DNA from: Thermovirga sp.
Lineage (GTDB): Bacteria; Synergistota; Synergistia; Synergistales; Thermovirgaceae
Assembly (NCBI GenBank): GCA_012523215.1
Contig: JAAYIZ010000170.1
Coordinates: forward strand, 165-64,164
Length of the DNA stretch: 64,000 nucleotides
Direction of reading: 5' to 3'
A program made the position numbers and the translations under genes. Under the pieces are notes generated by a model that saw nothing but the letters and a program-made list of their open reading frames with translations, had not been told where the DNA came from and ran no database searches. Positions 37,378-47,032 of this stretch are shown one piece after another; the first letter of the stretch is position 1; the number at the start of each line of letters is the position of its first letter.

Positions 37378-38391
37378 ATGAAAAAACGCGTAGCGATTAA
37401 CGGATTCGGGCGGATAGGCCGGCTGGCGCTGAGGGCCCTTTTCGAGCACGACAGTGACGATCTTTTCGATATTGTTGCCACCAATAGCCGGACCACGGCG
37501 GAGCAAAGGGCTTATCTTTTCAAGTATGACTCCGTCCACCGCCGTTTCCCGGGTGATGTCTCCGTCGAGGGAGATTCACTCCTGATCAATGGGAAGGTCG
37601 TCCAGGTCCTGGCGGAACCGGAATTGGAAAATCTTCCCTGGAAGGATCTGGGAATAGACCTCGTTATAGAATCCTCGGGAAAGTACACCGACTCGGCAAA
37701 AGCCGCGAAGCACCTGGAAGCCGGCGCCAGGAAAGTCCTCATCACCGCCCCCGCGAAAAACGAGGACGCCACGATCGTTATGGGAGTGAACGAGGAGATC
37801 TACGACGCCGCTGAACATCACGTGATCTCAAACGCCTCATGCACGACCAACTGCCTTGCTCCGGTGGTGAAGGTCCTCCATGAGGCTTTCGGGATAGAAA
37901 AGGGGCTCATGACCACCACCCACGCCTATACCAACGATCAGAAAACCCTCGATGCCTCTCATAAAAATCTCCATAGAGGCCGGGCAGCTGCCCTTTCGAT
38001 GATCCCCACCACGACGGGAGCGGCTTCGGCGATAGGCAAGGTTTACCCCCCCGTGGCCGGGAAAATGAACGGCCTGGCCATAAGAGTCCCGACACCCGAC
38101 GTTTCCCTGGTCGACCTCGTAACGGTTCTATCCAGGGAGGTTACCTCCGGGGAGGTCAACGATGCTGTTCGCGAAGCGGCGGAAGGAGCGATGAGGCGCT
38201 ATCTTGGCTACGAGGAGGAGGACATAGTCTCCGTCGATGTTACGGGCGATAGCCGTTCCTCCCTGTTCGCCGCGAGGCATACCATGGCCCTGGGCAACCT
38301 GGTCAAGACCCTTTCCTGGTACGACAATGAATGGGGTTACGCCTGCCGGGTAATCGATCTCGTCAATTACATGCTTTCAAAGGAATCCTGA
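37378..38391 (+). CDS. gap: Glyceraldehyde-3-phosphate dehydrogenase
   Basis: INGFGRIGR NAD motif, active site SNASCTTNCLAP, and WYDNEWGY near the C-terminus. Confidence 0.97.
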   Translation: MKKRVAINGFGRIGRLALRALFEHDSDDLFDIVATNSRTTAEQRAYLFKYDSVHRRFPGDVSVEGDSLLINGKVVQVLAEPELENLPWKDLGIDLVIESSGKYTDSAKAAKHLEAGARKVLITAPAKNEDATIVMGVNEEIYDAAEHHVISNASCTTNCLAPVVKVLHEAFGIEKGLMTTTHAYTNDQKTLDASHKNLHRGRAAALSMIPTTTGAASAIGKVYPPVAGKMNGLAIRVPTPDVSLVDLVTVLSREVTSGEVNDAVREAAEGAMRRYLGYEEEDIVSVDVTGDSRSSLFAARHTMALGNLVKTLSWYDNEWGYACRVIDLVNYMLSKES

Positions 38392-38396
38392 CGGTC

Positions 38397-39587
38397 ATGA
38401 GGTTGAAAACCATCGAGGGCCAATCACTCGGGGGGAAGAACGTCCTTGTCCGGGTGGATTTCAACGTGCCCATGGAAGAGGGCGAAATCACCGACGATAC
38501 CCGGATAAGGGCCCACCTGGACACTTTAAACCTCCTCAGGCGAGGCGGAGCCAAGATCGCCCTTGCTTCCCATCGGGGAAGGCCGAAGGGGAAGGTCTCG
38601 CCCGACCTTTCTCTTTTCCCCGTCTTGAGATTTCTCAGACAACTGGCCTATTCCGAGGCCTCCTTTTGCGAGGACTGCGTGGGAGAAAAGGTCTCGGCAA
38701 AAGTCAACTCCATGAATGAAGGCGACATCTGTCTTTTGGAGAACCTCAGGTTCCATCCCGGCGAAGAGGCGAATGACCAGGTTTTTGCCGAAAACCTGGC
38801 AAAGCCCTTTGATCTTTTCGTTATGGACGCCTTCAGCGCGGCCCACAGAGCCCATGCTTCCACCGTGGGAGTGACCAGGTTCCTCCCCTCCTTCGCCGGA
38901 ATCCTGATGGAGAAGGAGGTTTCCGTTCTTTCCGCCGTTATGGAGAGCCCCAAAAGGCCCCTGGTGATAATCCTGGGGGGCTCGAAGGTATCCGACAAGA
39001 TCGGCTTCATCCGGAGCATGCTCGAAAAGGCCGACGCGATGCTTATAGGGGGAGCCATGGCTTTCCCCTTTCTCAAAGCCTCGGGCAAGGCCATCGGAAA
39101 CTCTTTTTGCGAGGAAGGCACCGAGGCCGTAGCGGCGGAGATTATTAAAACCGCCAACATGATAGGGGTAAAGATCGTTCTGCCGGTGGATCTTGTCGCC
39201 GCCGGAAAAAACTGGGACGACGGCAAAGCTGAAGTGATCAAAGCCGACTCCGTTCCGGAGAATTCGACGGGGCTCGATATAGGGCCGGAGACGGTGGCCC
39301 TTTTTGCTGCCGAAATCCAGAGGGCCGGTACGATCCTCTGGAACGGTCCCCTGGGCCTTTTCGAAAGAAAACCCTATGGAGAGGGGACGAAACGGGTAGG
39401 AATCTCCGTCGCCAAGAAGTCAGCCGATGGCGCTATCTCCGTTCTTGGAGGAGGGGATACCGCGGCGGCGGCCAACCTGTTGGGATTTGCCCAGGGTATA
39501 TATCACATTTCCACCGGTGGGGGAGCCACCCTCGAATTTTTTGAGAAGAAGGAGTTGCCGGGCATAACGCCTCTTCTTGTCCCGTAA
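38397..39587 (+). CDS. pgk: Phosphoglycerate kinase
   Basis: VLVRVDFNVPM N-terminal signature, SHRGRPKG, and GGGDTAAA near the C-terminus. ATG 38397 lies just after the gap stop. Confidence 0.97.
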   Translation: MRLKTIEGQSLGGKNVLVRVDFNVPMEEGEITDDTRIRAHLDTLNLLRRGGAKIALASHRGRPKGKVSPDLSLFPVLRFLRQLAYSEASFCEDCVGEKVSAKVNSMNEGDICLLENLRFHPGEEANDQVFAENLAKPFDLFVMDAFSAAHRAHASTVGVTRFLPSFAGILMEKEVSVLSAVMESPKRPLVIILGGSKVSDKIGFIRSMLEKADAMLIGGAMAFPFLKASGKAIGNSFCEEGTEAVAAEIIKTANMIGVKIVLPVDLVAAGKNWDDGKAEVIKADSVPENSTGLDIGPETVALFAAEIQRAGTILWNGPLGLFERKPYGEGTKRVGISVAKKSADGAISVLGGGDTAAAANLLGFAQGIYHISTGGGATLEFFEKKELPGITPLLVP

Positions 39588-39616
39588 CACGGCCCGGGGA
39601 ATGGAGTGGAGCGCCC

Positions 39617-40426
39617 ATGAAGAGAGGCAAATTTATCGCCGGGAACTGGAAGATGAACAAGGGAGCGGCCGAGTCCCTGGCCTTCCTCGTAAAATTGATA
39701 TCACTGCTGGAACAGGTAAAAGAGATCGAGTCAAGGGTTCCAGATCCTGTCAATGTGGCACTTTTCCCTCAGGCGATAAACCTTCTGCCGATGGGAGGTT
39801 ATCTCCAAAATTCTAAAATAGATATCAAACTCGGCATACAGAATATTCATTGGCAACTATCCGGTGCCTTTACAGGAGAGAATTCTATAAAAAGCGCCGT
39901 CGAAGCTGGATCAAGCTTTGCCCTTGTCGGTCACAGCGAAAGGAGGCATCTTTTCCAGGAAGGCAATGATATTATTTCGAAAAAATTCACTTCCTGCCTT
40001 GAAAACGGGCTCAAACCGGTCCTTTGCGTCGGCGAAACCGAACATCAGAAGAACCAGGGATCGACGGAAAAGGTCATCGAGGATCAGGTAAGGAGCGTTT
40101 TTTCCCCGAAAGCAATGGCTCTTTTGGATGGAGGGAGAGTATATATCGCTTACGAACCCGTCTGGGCCATCGGCACCGGCCTGAACGCCACGGTCCGGGA
40201 TGCCCAGCAATGTTGTCGTTTTATCCGGTCCCTGTTATCGGAGCTCGGGGGGGCCGACCTGGCGACACGTTCCCTCCTGGCCTATGGCGGAAGCGTAAAA
40301 AGCTCCAATTCCGGAGATTACCTTGACCAGGAAGATGTGGACGGCCTCCTCGTCGGTGGCGCATCCCTTGACCCGGAAGAATTTTTCAGGATCGTCCGGT
40401 CCGCTTTCCCCGTGGTCCATGTCTAG
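39617..40426 (+). CDS. tpiA: Triosephosphate isomerase
   Basis: IAGNWKMN, VGHSERR, AYEPVWAIGTG and YGGSVK motifs. Confidence 0.96.
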   Translation: MKRGKFIAGNWKMNKGAAESLAFLVKLISLLEQVKEIESRVPDPVNVALFPQAINLLPMGGYLQNSKIDIKLGIQNIHWQLSGAFTGENSIKSAVEAGSSFALVGHSERRHLFQEGNDIISKKFTSCLENGLKPVLCVGETEHQKNQGSTEKVIEDQVRSVFSPKAMALLDGGRVYIAYEPVWAIGTGLNATVRDAQQCCRFIRSLLSELGGADLATRSLLAYGGSVKSSNSGDYLDQEDVDGLLVGGASLDPEEFFRIVRSAFPVVHV

Positions 40427-40486
40427 GACTTAAGCTGAAAGGCAATGCAACATAAGATATATTATAAGACATGAATATCCGCCAAG

Positions 40487-40510
40487 AAAGGCCCCTTTTG
40501 GGGGCCTTTT
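40487..40510. terminator. Bidirectional rho-independent terminator between convergent tpiA and rsfS
   Basis: AAAGGCCCC (40487-40495) pairs with GGGGCCTTT (40501-40509) across a 5-nt loop. T-rich runs follow on both strands. Confidence 0.85.
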
Positions 40511-40551
40511 ATTAAACTGGGAGAACCGGCGGGGCTTTGCAATTAACGGTT

Positions 40552-40899
40552 TCAGTCCCCGACCCGGGTCATCTCAGCGTTGGCCCATATGCTCTCGAGC
40601 CTGTAAAAATCCCTTCCCTCCCGGCTGAAGATATTTATTACGACGTTTCCGGCATCGAGGAGGATCCATTTTGGACTGTGTTCTCCTTCGATCCTGTACT
40701 CCCTCTTCATCCGGTCCATGGCCTCGGAAACGTTTTCAAGGAGCGTTTTCATGTGAACGTCCGAGTTTCCCGTCGCAAGGATGAAGGCGTCGGCGAAGGA
40801 TGATTCACTTGAAAGATCGATGATGGTGACCTCCTCGGCGAACTTGTCCTGCAGGGCGTTGATCAACGGTTTGACGGTATTGTCCGGCAGCAAGGGCAA
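40552..40899 (-). CDS. rsfS: Ribosome silencing factor RsfS (iojap family)
   Basis: 115 aa. The sequence (AEEVTIIDLS..SSFADAFILATGNSDVHM...W.LLD.G.VVINIF) matches the RsfS family pattern. Confidence 0.9.
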   Translation of the reverse strand: MPLLPDNTVKPLINALQDKFAEEVTIIDLSSESSFADAFILATGNSDVHMKTLLENVSEAMDRMKREYRIEGEHSPKWILLDAGNVVINIFSREGRDFYRLESIWANAEMTRVGD

Positions 40900-40924
40900 C
40901 CCCCCTTTTTATTTTTATAAAAAA

Positions 40925-42202
40925 TTAATTTCGATTCAGGGCCAGGTCGATCCTTCTGAAAAAAGCCATGTAGTCGTGACCAATTATCATTGTAACATTT
41001 CGGACCGAGGTATCGGCCCGGACAAGGTTATCGGCGATGTCGAAAAGTCCGCCCAGCACCTTGGCGGTTTTTTCAGTTTCTTCGCCGGGGGGATAAAGAA
41101 TGTTCGTATACTTGTAGTCGTAGTGCTTGGCGTTCCCGATATGGATTACATCTATTCCCAGTGACTGGAGCTTCGTGGCTGATTCCTTGCCGATACCGGC
41201 GGTGCCGGATCCGTTCAGGACCGATAGGCTGACCTTTATCGAGGTTAAGCTTTCCTTCAGATCCGGTGACGTAAAACCTTCGGGGCTTCCGACTTGCTCT
41301 TCTTCTTCTTCTTCTTCGGCATCCGGCGCTTCCCGGGGTTTTTCTGTCAGAATCTCCGAAAGATCACCGAGTTCACCCAGCCAGTAACTGATCCCCGAAA
41401 TATAAGCTGCCTTACCGGGCAGGGTCCTAAAAACAACTCGGGAAGAATCCAGGTCCTTGAGGTACGAGGCCAGTTGGATCGACTGGGAGAGGGTCAGGTT
41501 TGTCTTGACAAGGCGAATCGCCTGGCGTGTCAACTCGGGGATCTTGGTTATCATCGCGGGGTCCTTGATCTTGTGAAAAACCGTCATCATAAATATTTGC
41601 TGGCGCTCCACCCTTCCGATATCGCCCAGGGCGTCATGGCGGAACCTGACAAAACCCAGGGCCGCTTTCCCATCCAGGTGCTGCTCACCCGCCGGTATAT
41701 CGATGTGAACTCCACCCGCCCTATCGGTATACCTCAACTTCTTGGGAACATTGATCGTCACGCCGCCGATAAGATCGACCAGCTCCGGGAAGTTTTGAAG
41801 GTTGACGATGACGTGGTACGGGATGGGCACGCCCAGGTAATTCACCAGCGTTGTCTTCAGCAGATCCACTCCCCCATAGACATAGGCATGATTCAATTTT
41901 TGCCAACCCCGGCCAGGGATCTGAACCCTCGTATCCCTGGGAAGAGAGAGCAACCGGACTACCTTATCGTCAATATCGATGGAGACAAAGGCGATGGAAT
42001 CGGGTCGGTTTACATCTTCGCCGGGCACTTCGTCAAGGCCCAGCAGGAGAAGATTGATCCTCCCCGTCTCCTCGTCGTGTTCTATTTTTTCCCGAATGGT
42101 CCCTGGTTCCGGGTTAAAAAAGAAGAAGGCCTTCAGACCGATGCCGGCTGTCAGCGATAGAATTGCGGTCAGGACCAGGATGAGAACATGCCTTTTTGAC
42201 AC
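40925..42202 (-). CDS. LytR-CpsA-Psr (LCP) family cell-envelope phosphotransferase with C-terminal LytR_C-like domain
   Basis: N-terminal TM. LCP core (INLLLLGLDE...RPDSIAFVSID...LPRDT). An E7 linker is followed by a second domain (LSVLNGSGTAGIG...). Confidence 0.85.
   Translation of the reverse strand: MSKRHVLILVLTAILSLTAGIGLKAFFFFNPEPGTIREKIEHDEETGRINLLLLGLDEVPGEDVNRPDSIAFVSIDIDDKVVRLLSLPRDTRVQIPGRGWQKLNHAYVYGGVDLLKTTLVNYLGVPIPYHVIVNLQNFPELVDLIGGVTINVPKKLRYTDRAGGVHIDIPAGEQHLDGKAALGFVRFRHDALGDIGRVERQQIFMMTVFHKIKDPAMITKIPELTRQAIRLVKTNLTLSQSIQLASYLKDLDSSRVVFRTLPGKAAYISGISYWLGELGDLSEILTEKPREAPDAEEEEEEEQVGSPEGFTSPDLKESLTSIKVSLSVLNGSGTAGIGKESATKLQSLGIDVIHIGNAKHYDYKYTNILYPPGEETEKTAKVLGGLFDIADNLVRADTSVRNVTMIIGHDYMAFFRRIDLALNRN
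41300..41317 (-). repeat. Perfect (GAA)6 trinucleotide repeat encoding the poly-Glu linker of the LCP protein
   Basis: Plus strand reads ctc-(ttc)x6 at 41297-41317. The protein reads DAEEEEEEEQ. Confidence 0.95.
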
Positions 42203-42208
42203 TTATTT

Positions 42209-42847
42209 TCACCATCCGTTCCTGAAATAGAGATTATTCTTGTATATATACTGCTCCACCAGCCAGGGAGCCAGGTACCTTATGCTCTGGCCGTTGGAGA
42301 CTCTCCTCCTGATCTCGGTACTGGATATCGCCAGGAGGGGTATCTCGAGGTGGATCAGGTTTGCCCTGATCTCTTCAGGCAGATTCTTGAGCCCTCCGGG
42401 GTTGAAACCGGGTCGGCTGACCGCGACAATCTTGCACAGCTTGGGCATCTCCAGGGGTTCCTTCCAGGCGGTGATCTCCAAAACCGCGTCCAGGCCCGTT
42501 ATGAAAAAGAATTCGACGCTGCGCGGAGGATACCAGTGCCTCATCTCCCTCAGGGTATCAACGGTATGGCTTGATGTATCCCGGTCGATCTCGATCCTGG
42601 AGATGCGGAAATGAGGGTTGTCAAGGGTTGCGAGCATGGTCATCACGTAACGATGTTCCGCCGATGATATGGATCTTCCTGCCTTGTGGAAGGGGTCTCC
42701 CGTCGGCACGAAAACCACCTCGGTCAGGCCCAAGGAGAAATAGGCCTCTTCTCCGGCGATCAGATGGCCGAAGTGGATTGGGTCGAAAGTGCCTCCCATG
42801 ACACCTATCTTGCGTTTGCGCAATCCTTCCGAGGACCTTAAGGGCAT
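42209..42847 (-). CDS. nadD: Nicotinate-nucleotide adenylyltransferase NadD
   Basis: GVMGGTFDPIHFGHL nucleotidyltransferase motif and a C-terminal ISST.IR motif. Confidence 0.92.
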   Translation of the reverse strand: MPLRSSEGLRKRKIGVMGGTFDPIHFGHLIAGEEAYFSLGLTEVVFVPTGDPFHKAGRSISSAEHRYVMTMLATLDNPHFRISRIEIDRDTSSHTVDTLREMRHWYPPRSVEFFFITGLDAVLEITAWKEPLEMPKLCKIVAVSRPGFNPGGLKNLPEEIRANLIHLEIPLLAISSTEIRRRVSNGQSIRYLAPWLVEQYIYKNNLYFRNGW

Positions 42848-42853
42848 GCCCCG

Positions 42854-44239
<1,386 letters not shown>

Positions 44240-44273
44240 TCAGGCCCTCCAGCGTTCCTAACGTCGAGGAGCA

Positions 44274-44555
44274 TTAGGCGATCACAGGTTCTATGGTTAC
44301 GTACTTTCTCCCGGCTCTGGTTTGGAAACGCACGGTACCTTCGGAAAGGGCAAAAAGTGTATCGTCCTTTCCCTTTCCCACGTTTACCCCGGGATGGATC
44401 CTAGTGCCCCTCTGCCGGACGATGATACTGCCGGCGGAGACAACTTGCCCGTCGCCACGCTTAACGCCAAGCCTCTTGCTGATGCTATCCCTGCCGTTAG
44501 TGCTACTCCCCTGTCCCTTTTTATGAGCGAAAATTTGAAGATCCAAAGTCCTCAT
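44274..44555 (-). CDS. rpmA: 50S ribosomal protein L27 with cleavable N-terminal extension
   Basis: [24 protein letters not shown]. The mature N-terminus AHKKG is preceded by a 9-aa propeptide that aligns with the Firmicutes MLxLxLQFF motif. Confidence 0.97.
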   Translation of the reverse strand: MRTLDLQIFAHKKGQGSSTNGRDSISKRLGVKRGDGQVVSAGSIIVRQRGTRIHPGVNVGKGKDDTLFALSEGTVRFQTRAGRKYVTIEPVIA

Positions 44556-44880
44556 CCACTTCCACCTCCATGTACTTTACGTAGGAAGGATAATTTCTTT
44601 CCACCGATCTCAGCATTTCCACGACCGCGTCCGCCAGGACGCTGATCCTTGGATCGTCGTGACTTTGCCAGGAAAGGCTCATGAAACCCCGTTCCTTGTC
44701 AACCCTCGATGAAACTCTTTTCATTCGCAGTACCTCGACAAGTCCCGTCTCCAGGGTCTGCGCCAACGTCGAAAGGGCCGCGCATACAATGTCGCTGCCG
44801 CTTTCGGCATAGCCTGTATGGCCCTCCATTTCAATTCCGCAAAGGACCCCTTCCTTCCAGAAGGACCTTATCTCGGTCAT
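44521..44880 (-). CDS. prp: Ribosomal-processing cysteine protease Prp (YsxB family)
   Basis: Conserved His (EMEGHTGY) and Cys (SDIVCAALS) dyad. It occupies the obligatory slot between rplU and rpmA. Confidence 0.88.
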   Translation of the reverse strand: MTEIRSFWKEGVLCGIEMEGHTGYAESGSDIVCAALSTLAQTLETGLVEVLRMKRVSSRVDKERGFMSLSWQSHDDPRISVLADAVVEMLRSVERNYPSYVKYMEVEVDEDFGSSNFRS

Positions 44881-44887
44881 TTCAAGC

Positions 44888-45202
44888 TTATAATATTATG
44901 GATTCAATCCTAACCGAGGAAAAAAGCTGCCTGTGACCCATGGTCTTCCGGGAAGGCCTGGATTTGTTCTTATACTTGAAGACCGTTATTTTTTTCGCCC
45001 TCCCCTGTTCCAGGATTCTAGCCTTGACGACGGCCCCGGGTACGACCGGTTCGCCTAGTGAAACTCCCCTGTCAGTGGCTACGAGGAGAACCCTCGGGAA
45101 CTCGACCTCATCGCCCTCGGACGCATCGATTTTCTCGATCCTTATGGTATCTCCCGGAGAAACCCGGTATTGCTTCCCCCCTGTCTCGATAACAGCGTAC
45201 AT
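44888..45202 (-). CDS. rplU: 50S ribosomal protein L21
   Basis: MYAVIETGGKQYRVSPGD N-terminus and KFKRR-like C-terminal part. GGAGG SD. Confidence 0.97.
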   Translation of the reverse strand: MYAVIETGGKQYRVSPGDTIRIEKIDASEGDEVEFPRVLLVATDRGVSLGEPVVPGAVVKARILEQGRAKKITVFKYKNKSRPSRKTMGHRQLFSSVRIESIIL

Positions 45203-45261
45203 TATTCCTACCCCTCCTCACGCCGATGACGCGGGTGGCCCCTAAGGCTCTTGATACCCGT

Positions 45262-45315
45262 CCCGAGCGAAAATAGAAAAGGGCCCGGGGCATAAGAATC
45301 TCGCCCCGCCTTTTC
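45262..45315 (-). promoter_or_regulatory. Terminator-like hairpin in the rplU 5' leader (candidate r-protein autoregulatory attenuator)
   Basis: On the minus strand, GAAAAGGCGGGGC...GCCCCGGGCCCTTTTC forms a GC-rich hairpin followed by UAUUUUCG. It lies between the predicted promoter and the rplU SD. Confidence 0.45.
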
Positions 45316-45339
45316 GTCGGTCAGCTTGACCAAATAAGA

Positions 45340-45369
45340 ATTATAACATAAAAAAACTTTAAGGGGTCA
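45340..45369 (-). promoter_or_regulatory. Sigma-70-type promoter for rplU-prp-rpmA
   Basis: Minus strand reads TTGACC (45369-45364), an 18-nt spacer, then TGtTATAAT (-10 at 45345-40 with extended TG). The -35 overlaps the recN stop codon. Confidence 0.55.
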
Positions 45370-47028
45370 ATCCAATTGTTGACGATTCGCTTCCAGCAGC
45401 GACCTCGCAAGGCCCGCGGCCTCCGGGTCGTCGGGGTCGCCCGCCAGCATTCGTGCGAGCTCCCTTTCCCTCTGTCTCCCGTCGACCTCGAGTACCCTGC
45501 TTACATCCCCGTCCCTTTCGACCCGGAAGTGCTGGTCGGCCAAGGAAGCGATCGAGGCTTCATGGGTAATGAGAATCACCTGGCACCGTCTCGACAGGTC
45601 CCTGAGGGTTTGCCCCGCGAGAAAAGCCGAGCGGCCGCCCAGGCCCGCCTCGACTTCATCGAATACCAGGGTCTGGGGAAGCATGTCATCTGAAGCTGCC
45701 GCTTGGAGGGCCAGCAATATCCTGCTGAGCTCTCCCCCCGAGGCGATCTTGGAAACCGGCCCCTGGAGGAATTTGCCATCGGTAAGGTAAAAAGAGATGC
45801 TGTCGGCCCCGCTCTGCCTGACCTTTTCCAGCGGCTGCAGGGAAACACCGAACCGGAGACCTTCCATGGCCAGGCTCTCGAGGGAGGCGTTGACGGCCTC
45901 CACGAGCCTCTCGGCAGCATCCTTCCTGGTTTCCCTGAGAGAAAGGGCCAGCGTGGATACCTCTTTTTTCAGGGCGGCGGATTTTTCCTGCAGCTCGGCC
46001 AGGATTTCGCGGCTCTCCCTGAGCCATTCCAACTCCGAACGCACCGTTTCGGCGAAATCCGCAAGGTCTTCGGCATTATCCACCTTCGCGAATCTCATCA
46101 ACTTTTTCATAGTTCCCAGCCTTTTCTCCAGTTTTTCCTGTTCCTGCTGGAGGGATTGCTCCCTTTCGATGGAGACTACCCCTTTCAGGCCGTTCTCTAT
46201 CTCCTGGATGGAAGACAAAAGCCTCTCAATGCTCTCCTCGCATTCGGGGATATCGTCCAGGCTCTGCCTGGCCTCGTGGCAAAACTGCTCGATCGCCGAA
46301 GAAAGCCCCTCGCCGGAACTGCCGCCTGTCATCCTGTCATGGATAAGCCTCAGGCGATTCTGTTTCACCAGGAGTTCTGAAACCCGGTTCATATCGGTTT
46401 CCCATTCAGACTCGCACCCCGGCCTGATGTCCATTCGCCTGAATCTATCGAGAAAGGCTTCACCCTCCTGGTACTTTGACTCGATCTCCCTTCTCCGGCG
46501 GGTGATCTCCAAGAGGTCCCTTTCATTACTGAGAGCCAGGGAAACCGCCTGGGAAAGGTTGGACCTGATATCCCGGAGTGGATCGCCGCCGCTGTTGTCC
46601 AGCAGTTCAGCCTGTTGATCCGGTTCCAGCAGTTCAAGCTGGGCAAACTGGCTCTGGATGGCAATCACCTTTGAGAGAGCTCCGGAAAGGATGTTCAGGG
46701 GCACGGGTTTTTCCTGGAGGTAGGTCTTGGCCCTTCCGGCCGATGAAACCACCCGTTTAACAAGGATAAAACCTTCCTGGGGCTGAAGATCATCGGGCAG
46801 CGATGCCAGGGGAGCGTCCATCTCCAGGGCGGCCGTGACCTCGGCTTCATCGACGCCGGCCCTGATGATCGAGGCTTGCGCCCTCTTGCCGCTGACAAGT
46901 TCAAGAGCTCTGACCAGGCTGCTCTTCCCGGCCCCGCTCTCCCCGGTTATGACGATAAAACTCCCCTTGAAGTGAAGGGAGGCCTCCCTTATACCCCCTA
47001 CATTGGTCACCATTAGTTCTGATAGCAT
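45367..47028 (-). CDS. recN: DNA repair protein RecN
   Basis: Walker A ITGESGAGKSS, a long coiled-coil middle, signature ASGGELSR and Walker B LVFDEVEAG. Confidence 0.95.
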   Translation of the reverse strand: MLSELMVTNVGGIREASLHFKGSFIVITGESGAGKSSLVRALELVSGKRAQASIIRAGVDEAEVTAALEMDAPLASLPDDLQPQEGFILVKRVVSSAGRAKTYLQEKPVPLNILSGALSKVIAIQSQFAQLELLEPDQQAELLDNSGGDPLRDIRSNLSQAVSLALSNERDLLEITRRRREIESKYQEGEAFLDRFRRMDIRPGCESEWETDMNRVSELLVKQNRLRLIHDRMTGGSSGEGLSSAIEQFCHEARQSLDDIPECEESIERLLSSIQEIENGLKGVVSIEREQSLQQEQEKLEKRLGTMKKLMRFAKVDNAEDLADFAETVRSELEWLRESREILAELQEKSAALKKEVSTLALSLRETRKDAAERLVEAVNASLESLAMEGLRFGVSLQPLEKVRQSGADSISFYLTDGKFLQGPVSKIASGGELSRILLALQAAASDDMLPQTLVFDEVEAGLGGRSAFLAGQTLRDLSRRCQVILITHEASIASLADQHFRVERDGDVSRVLEVDGRQRERELARMLAGDPDDPEAAGLARSLLEANRQQLD

Positions 47029-47032
47029 GGGA

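Noticed and set aside
36406-37539. 377-aa minus-strand ORF antisense to the debranching-enzyme gene and the gap start.
   Set aside because: It is fully nested opposite strongly recognisable genes. Composition is Arg/Pro/Gly-rich and low in complexity, with no motif. This is typical of spurious antisense frames in GC-rich coding DNA.
40427-40486. Looked for secG or another small gene or sRNA after tpiA, since gap-pgk-tpi-secG is common.
   Set aside because: Only a 9-codon ORF is present and there is no hydrophobic peptide. The AT-rich stretch is discussed separately as a weak dif-like palindrome.
45703-46618. Two overlapping plus-strand ORFs (225 and 273 aa) antisense to recN.
   Set aside because: They are Ser/Leu/Pro-rich mirror frames of the recN coiled-coil region, with no independent coding evidence.
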